A stretch of DNA of 63,502 nucleotides, the filler included, from Olpidium bornovanus S191 (taxonomy: Eukaryota > Fungi > Olpidiomycota): the NCBI GenBank assembly GCA_017911155.1. It is 28 parts of 28 records of this genome, joined end to end, with 100 filler letters (N's around TTAATTAATTAA, not from the genome) between each part and the next. Parts side by side here need not be neighbours in the genome. Positions count along the whole stretch, not along the records: positions 58,054 to 62,007 come from JAEFCI010006365.1; positions 62,108 to 63,502 come from JAEFCI010010822.1; 26 more parts are not named here. The stretch is one strand, 5' to 3'. Position 1 is the stretch's first letter. Each line of letters begins with the position of its first letter. The position numbers and the translations under genes were made by a program. Below are positions 60,156 to 63,502 of this stretch, one piece after another. The notes under the pieces were generated by a model. The model did not search any database and was not told the origin of the DNA. It worked only from the letters and a program-made list of their open reading frames with translations.

Positions 60156-62008
60156 ATGGGGCGCCTGCAGCGGGTCGAATTGGAAAATTTCAAGTCTTAC
60201 CGCGGCCACCAGGTCATAGGCCCGTTCCACAACTTCACGTCTGTCATCGGTCCCAACGGTTCGGGTGCGTTTTTCAGAGCTAGGTTACCGCAAAGCGAAA
60301 TGACAAAAGGCGATACCAACGGGTACTGGGGGTGTGCGGCCGGCTGCAATCCTTCTGCATCGCCGTCACGGCAGGAAAATCCAACTTGATGGACGCGATC
60401 AGCTTTGTCCTCGGTATCAAGTCCTCGCACCTTCGCTCTTCCAGCTTGAAAGAACTGATCTACCGCGGAAAAGCGATGGAGGATGGTCCGCCGGAAACGG
60501 GAGCCAACGCCCCGGAAGCCGGGCGCGAGAACCAGAATAACCCGACCAAGGCATCGGTGTTGGCCGTATACGTGGACGACGAACAAAACGAGACGCGGTT
60601 CATGCGCAGGTACGACCTATTTTTTCTGTCGTGCGCATTTGGCTGATATATATGTGTATATATACATATATATATATTCAAGACTGTCGCGACTGCTCAA
60701 AAAAAAAACTAAAAAAAAACAAAAAGGAGAAAATATGAACATGCTCTTTCGCTGACGTTTTTTCGGCGATATCAGCGTGACTATTGCGGGAGGGAGCGAA
60801 TACAGGTTAAATGAACGCGTCGTGACGTACAACACCTACAGCGCCGCCTTGGAGAAACAAAACATTCTGGTGAAAGCCCGGAATTTTCTGGTTTTTCAGG
60901 CAGGTCTCTATTGCGCGTTTCGCGCGTTTGTTGTTCAGGCACGCCGCTCGTTTTAACGCATATCGTCGCTTCCAGGGCGACGTCGAAGCGATCGCTTCGC
61001 AGTCGCCGAAGGATCTCACGAAGTTGATTGAACAGATCAGTGGGTGCGTGTGCTCGTGGGATTTCCTGCGGATTCCCATCGTGGGCTGTTCGGTCATGCC
61101 TTTACTCCACGAAACCGCTAAGTTCTTTGTGGCAGCTCGTTGGATCTGAAACAGGAGTACGAAGAGCTCAAAACTCAGCAAGAGCTCGCGACTGAGAATT
61201 CCACGTTCAACTTCAACAAGAAACGGGGTATCAACGCCGAAATCAAACAGTACCAGGAACAGAAAGAGCAGGCCGAGCGTCTCGATCGACTCCAGGACGA
61301 GCGCGTGAGTCATGTTTGCTGGCAAAATTTTTTTTTATGGCCGTGCTCAAAGCTTGGTTCCTGACCGCCAAAGGTGCCTTGCGGCAGCAAAACGTAGTTA
61401 TAAGCCTTTTGCTCTGGAAACTTTTCCACCTCGAACGTAACGTTCGGGCTGTCAAAGACAACATCGCTGACAAGATTTCGCGAGTGGCTTTGCGAAGGAA
61501 ATGCCAGGTACCGCTTGTGGCGATTGTGACCACTGATCGTTTTTTTTCCGGATATGCCATGCTGATTGGCGCTTCCAGAGTGACCTTGAGGGAACTCTTC
61601 AAGCCGCTCGTAAGGAGCAGGCCCAACTCCATAGGGAAATCCTTAAACACGAGAAGGCAATTAAGCGGAAAGAGAAGGAGGTTGACGATAGGGTAATTCT
61701 TAGACTATTTCCGAGTTTCTGTGTGCTTTATCGCCTTTCCCTTTTGTTTCTATTTTTTGTTCTCCTCGTTGAATTTGAGTTCATGCACCTGTAGCGGCCA
61801 AATTTGGTCCGCCTCGAAGAAAGCATTGCTCACGCCACAAGGAAAGCCAAGAATGCCAGTGATAACCAGAAAAAAGTTCGGCATAGCCATGATACCCAGG
61901 TGAAATCTTCGTAAACCTATTATCCTAAAGATGGTTGTCAGACTGCTGCGATCCCCTGACTTGGGTTGCCTCTATCTCAGGCAGAACTTGTAGAAAAGCT
62001 GAGAGCAN
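60156..62008 (+). CDS. SMC1: Cohesin subunit Smc1, N-terminal half, multi-exon, 3'-truncated
   Basis: [36 protein letters not shown]|[22 protein letters not shown]...LIYRG...[13 protein letters not shown]|[23 protein letters not shown]|SLDLKQEYE...[16 protein letters not shown]. Confidence 0.97.
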
Positions 62009-63297
62009 NNNNNNNNNNNNNNNNNNNNNNNNNNNNNNNNNNNNNNNNNNNTTAATTAATTAANNNNNNNNNNNNNNNNNNNNNNNNNNNNNNNNNNNNN
62101 NNNNNNNCATGGGTGTTATCAGAAGTACCTGACGCTCATCATTACCGGAGAGTGGCCCTTGTTGCCAATGTTGCTGGTTCGAAGGTGCACGACGCAAAAA
62201 TGCCGGATGCTCGGCATGTGAGGCGAGTATGGCGTATTACTAGAGGCACCAAAATAAAATTTTGGAGTCAACACCTGGAGCTCGATCATCAGTAAGGCTT
62301 GGCACAGTACTTGCGCCAGAACCAGGCCGGGCCAATCGCGACGGATGTATTTCGAACTTCTAAGGGGGGGCCGCGTGGGCCGGGTATTCCGGCAGCGCCC
62401 GCAAGCGCTTCATCCTCCTATGTCGACTTAAAGCCAATTTGCCGCACCTCTCCAGCCGCCAAAAGTCGATCCCGGAACGACGAACGTGTCTTCGTACGCG
62501 AAAAGGTCAAACTGGGCAGCCACAACATCGGCGAGCGCCTTGACGTGAACCAGAGGACGCCGCGGAACGCAACCGGTTTTCTTTTCTTTTGCGGCCCCGC
62601 GTCCTCGCGCCCGTCCGCTCCGACCTTTGTAAAGAACATCAAAGTGCTCGACCCGTCCAGCAGAAGCCTATCGTGCCCGGGCCTTCCTTTGGGAAGGTTA
62701 TAAAAAGGTATGAGGGGAAAACGTGCTCGAAAACCGCGGCGCAAGGCAGGCGGCGCATCGGGCGCGGATACCGCGCGCGCCTAAGCCGAAAGAAGAAGAG
62801 GGGGGGGGAGATTGAAAACGGGTCCAACTCTGCTAGGGCCACGCTTTATATGGGGGCCAGGCTGCCTCGAGGAGGGGGAGAGGGGGGAAAGGATGTCACG
62901 CGGAGCGGCGGCGGCGGCAGGGGGAAAGGGGGGAGGGAGAGGAAGCTGACGGGAGTGCGCGCAATAACGGGCTTTTGTTGCGGTGGATGAAGGTAGAGAG
63001 AGAGGAGGCGGAAGGCGGAAACGGAGGGGCGACAGGTGTTGTTGAGAATAGAGGCGGAAACGCCGGCGACGGGGAAATGTTGAGCATCAAAAGTGGGCCG
63101 ACTGAGGGTCAAACTCGGGACCTTCCCTTTCCCGGAGGGACGCTCTTCCAACTGAGCTATCTGCCCTATTCACCAGGTGTCTGGCTCGCCCTGCAAAGCC
63201 ATTCCAACCCCCCCCCTCGAGCCAGGCACCTCAGGCACTGCTGTCATCGGGGCTCGGCCACCCGCGCAACCACAATCAGAGGGACGAAGTCACGATT

Positions 63298-63309
63298 GGG
63301 CTCATAACC
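63298..63309 (-). mobile_element. Half-tRNA-iMet PBS GGTTATGAGCCC directly after ...TCGTTCA; the candidate 5' LTR runs from 63310 to the window end
   Basis: Minus strand CTGTCGTTCA|GGTTATGAGCCCAATC. Confidence 0.6.
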
Positions 63310-63502
63310 TGAACGACAGACGTGGAACCAAAGGAGACAAGGGAAGATGAGTGCACAATGGAGGGACCAAGGATGGAGGGCGGAGACGGCGGACGGCGGG
63401 GACGCCGGAGACTGCACCGCGCAGTTCGGAACGCTGTAGAGTTTCTACAGGCTTTCGGTTTGTTTTGTATGTCGTCGGCGTGCGGGATTTACAGGGGGAA
63501 GA

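Noticed and set aside
1-63502. rRNA, tRNA or snRNA genes
   Set aside because: No cloverleaf or conserved rRNA/snRNA motif was recognised by eye. A tRNAscan-SE/Infernal run would be needed to exclude them.

Overview
This is not one contiguous locus. It is a pseudomolecule of 28 short, unlinked contigs (about 1-4.5 kb) joined by 27 artificial 100-bp spacers (N44-TTAATTAATTAA-N44). The DNA is GC-rich and eukaryotic, with short GT-AG introns. It encodes fungal-type housekeeping genes (GCLM, PIG-Y, Ypi1, Orc2, Vps74/GOLPH3, SF3A2/Prp11, Ubc6, Pan3, Dhh1, Smc1, a Rad5/SHPRH-like SNF2 ATPase, a Nam8-like RRM protein start) together with two cilium/centriole genes (LRRC6/DNAAF11 and CEP19). That combination points to a zoosporic (flagellated) early-diverging fungus; an Olpidium-like organism is my inference, not a verified assignment. 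Ty3/gypsy (chromovirus) and Ty1/copia remnants are frequent, and several carry a half-tRNA-iMet primer-binding site. The most unusual item (19.65-21.43 kb) is a spliced gene for a herpes-UL9/plasmid-Rep-like origin-binding SF2 helicase. Its two reconstructed introns and the tract after its last clear exon are filled with one family of 23-24-bp iteron-like repeats, suggesting an undescribed self-replicating or virus-derived element. Second is a CEP19 orthologue extended to about 1,130 aa. Neighbourhood inferences across the N spacers are invalid. All family calls come from motif recognition by eye, not database searches.
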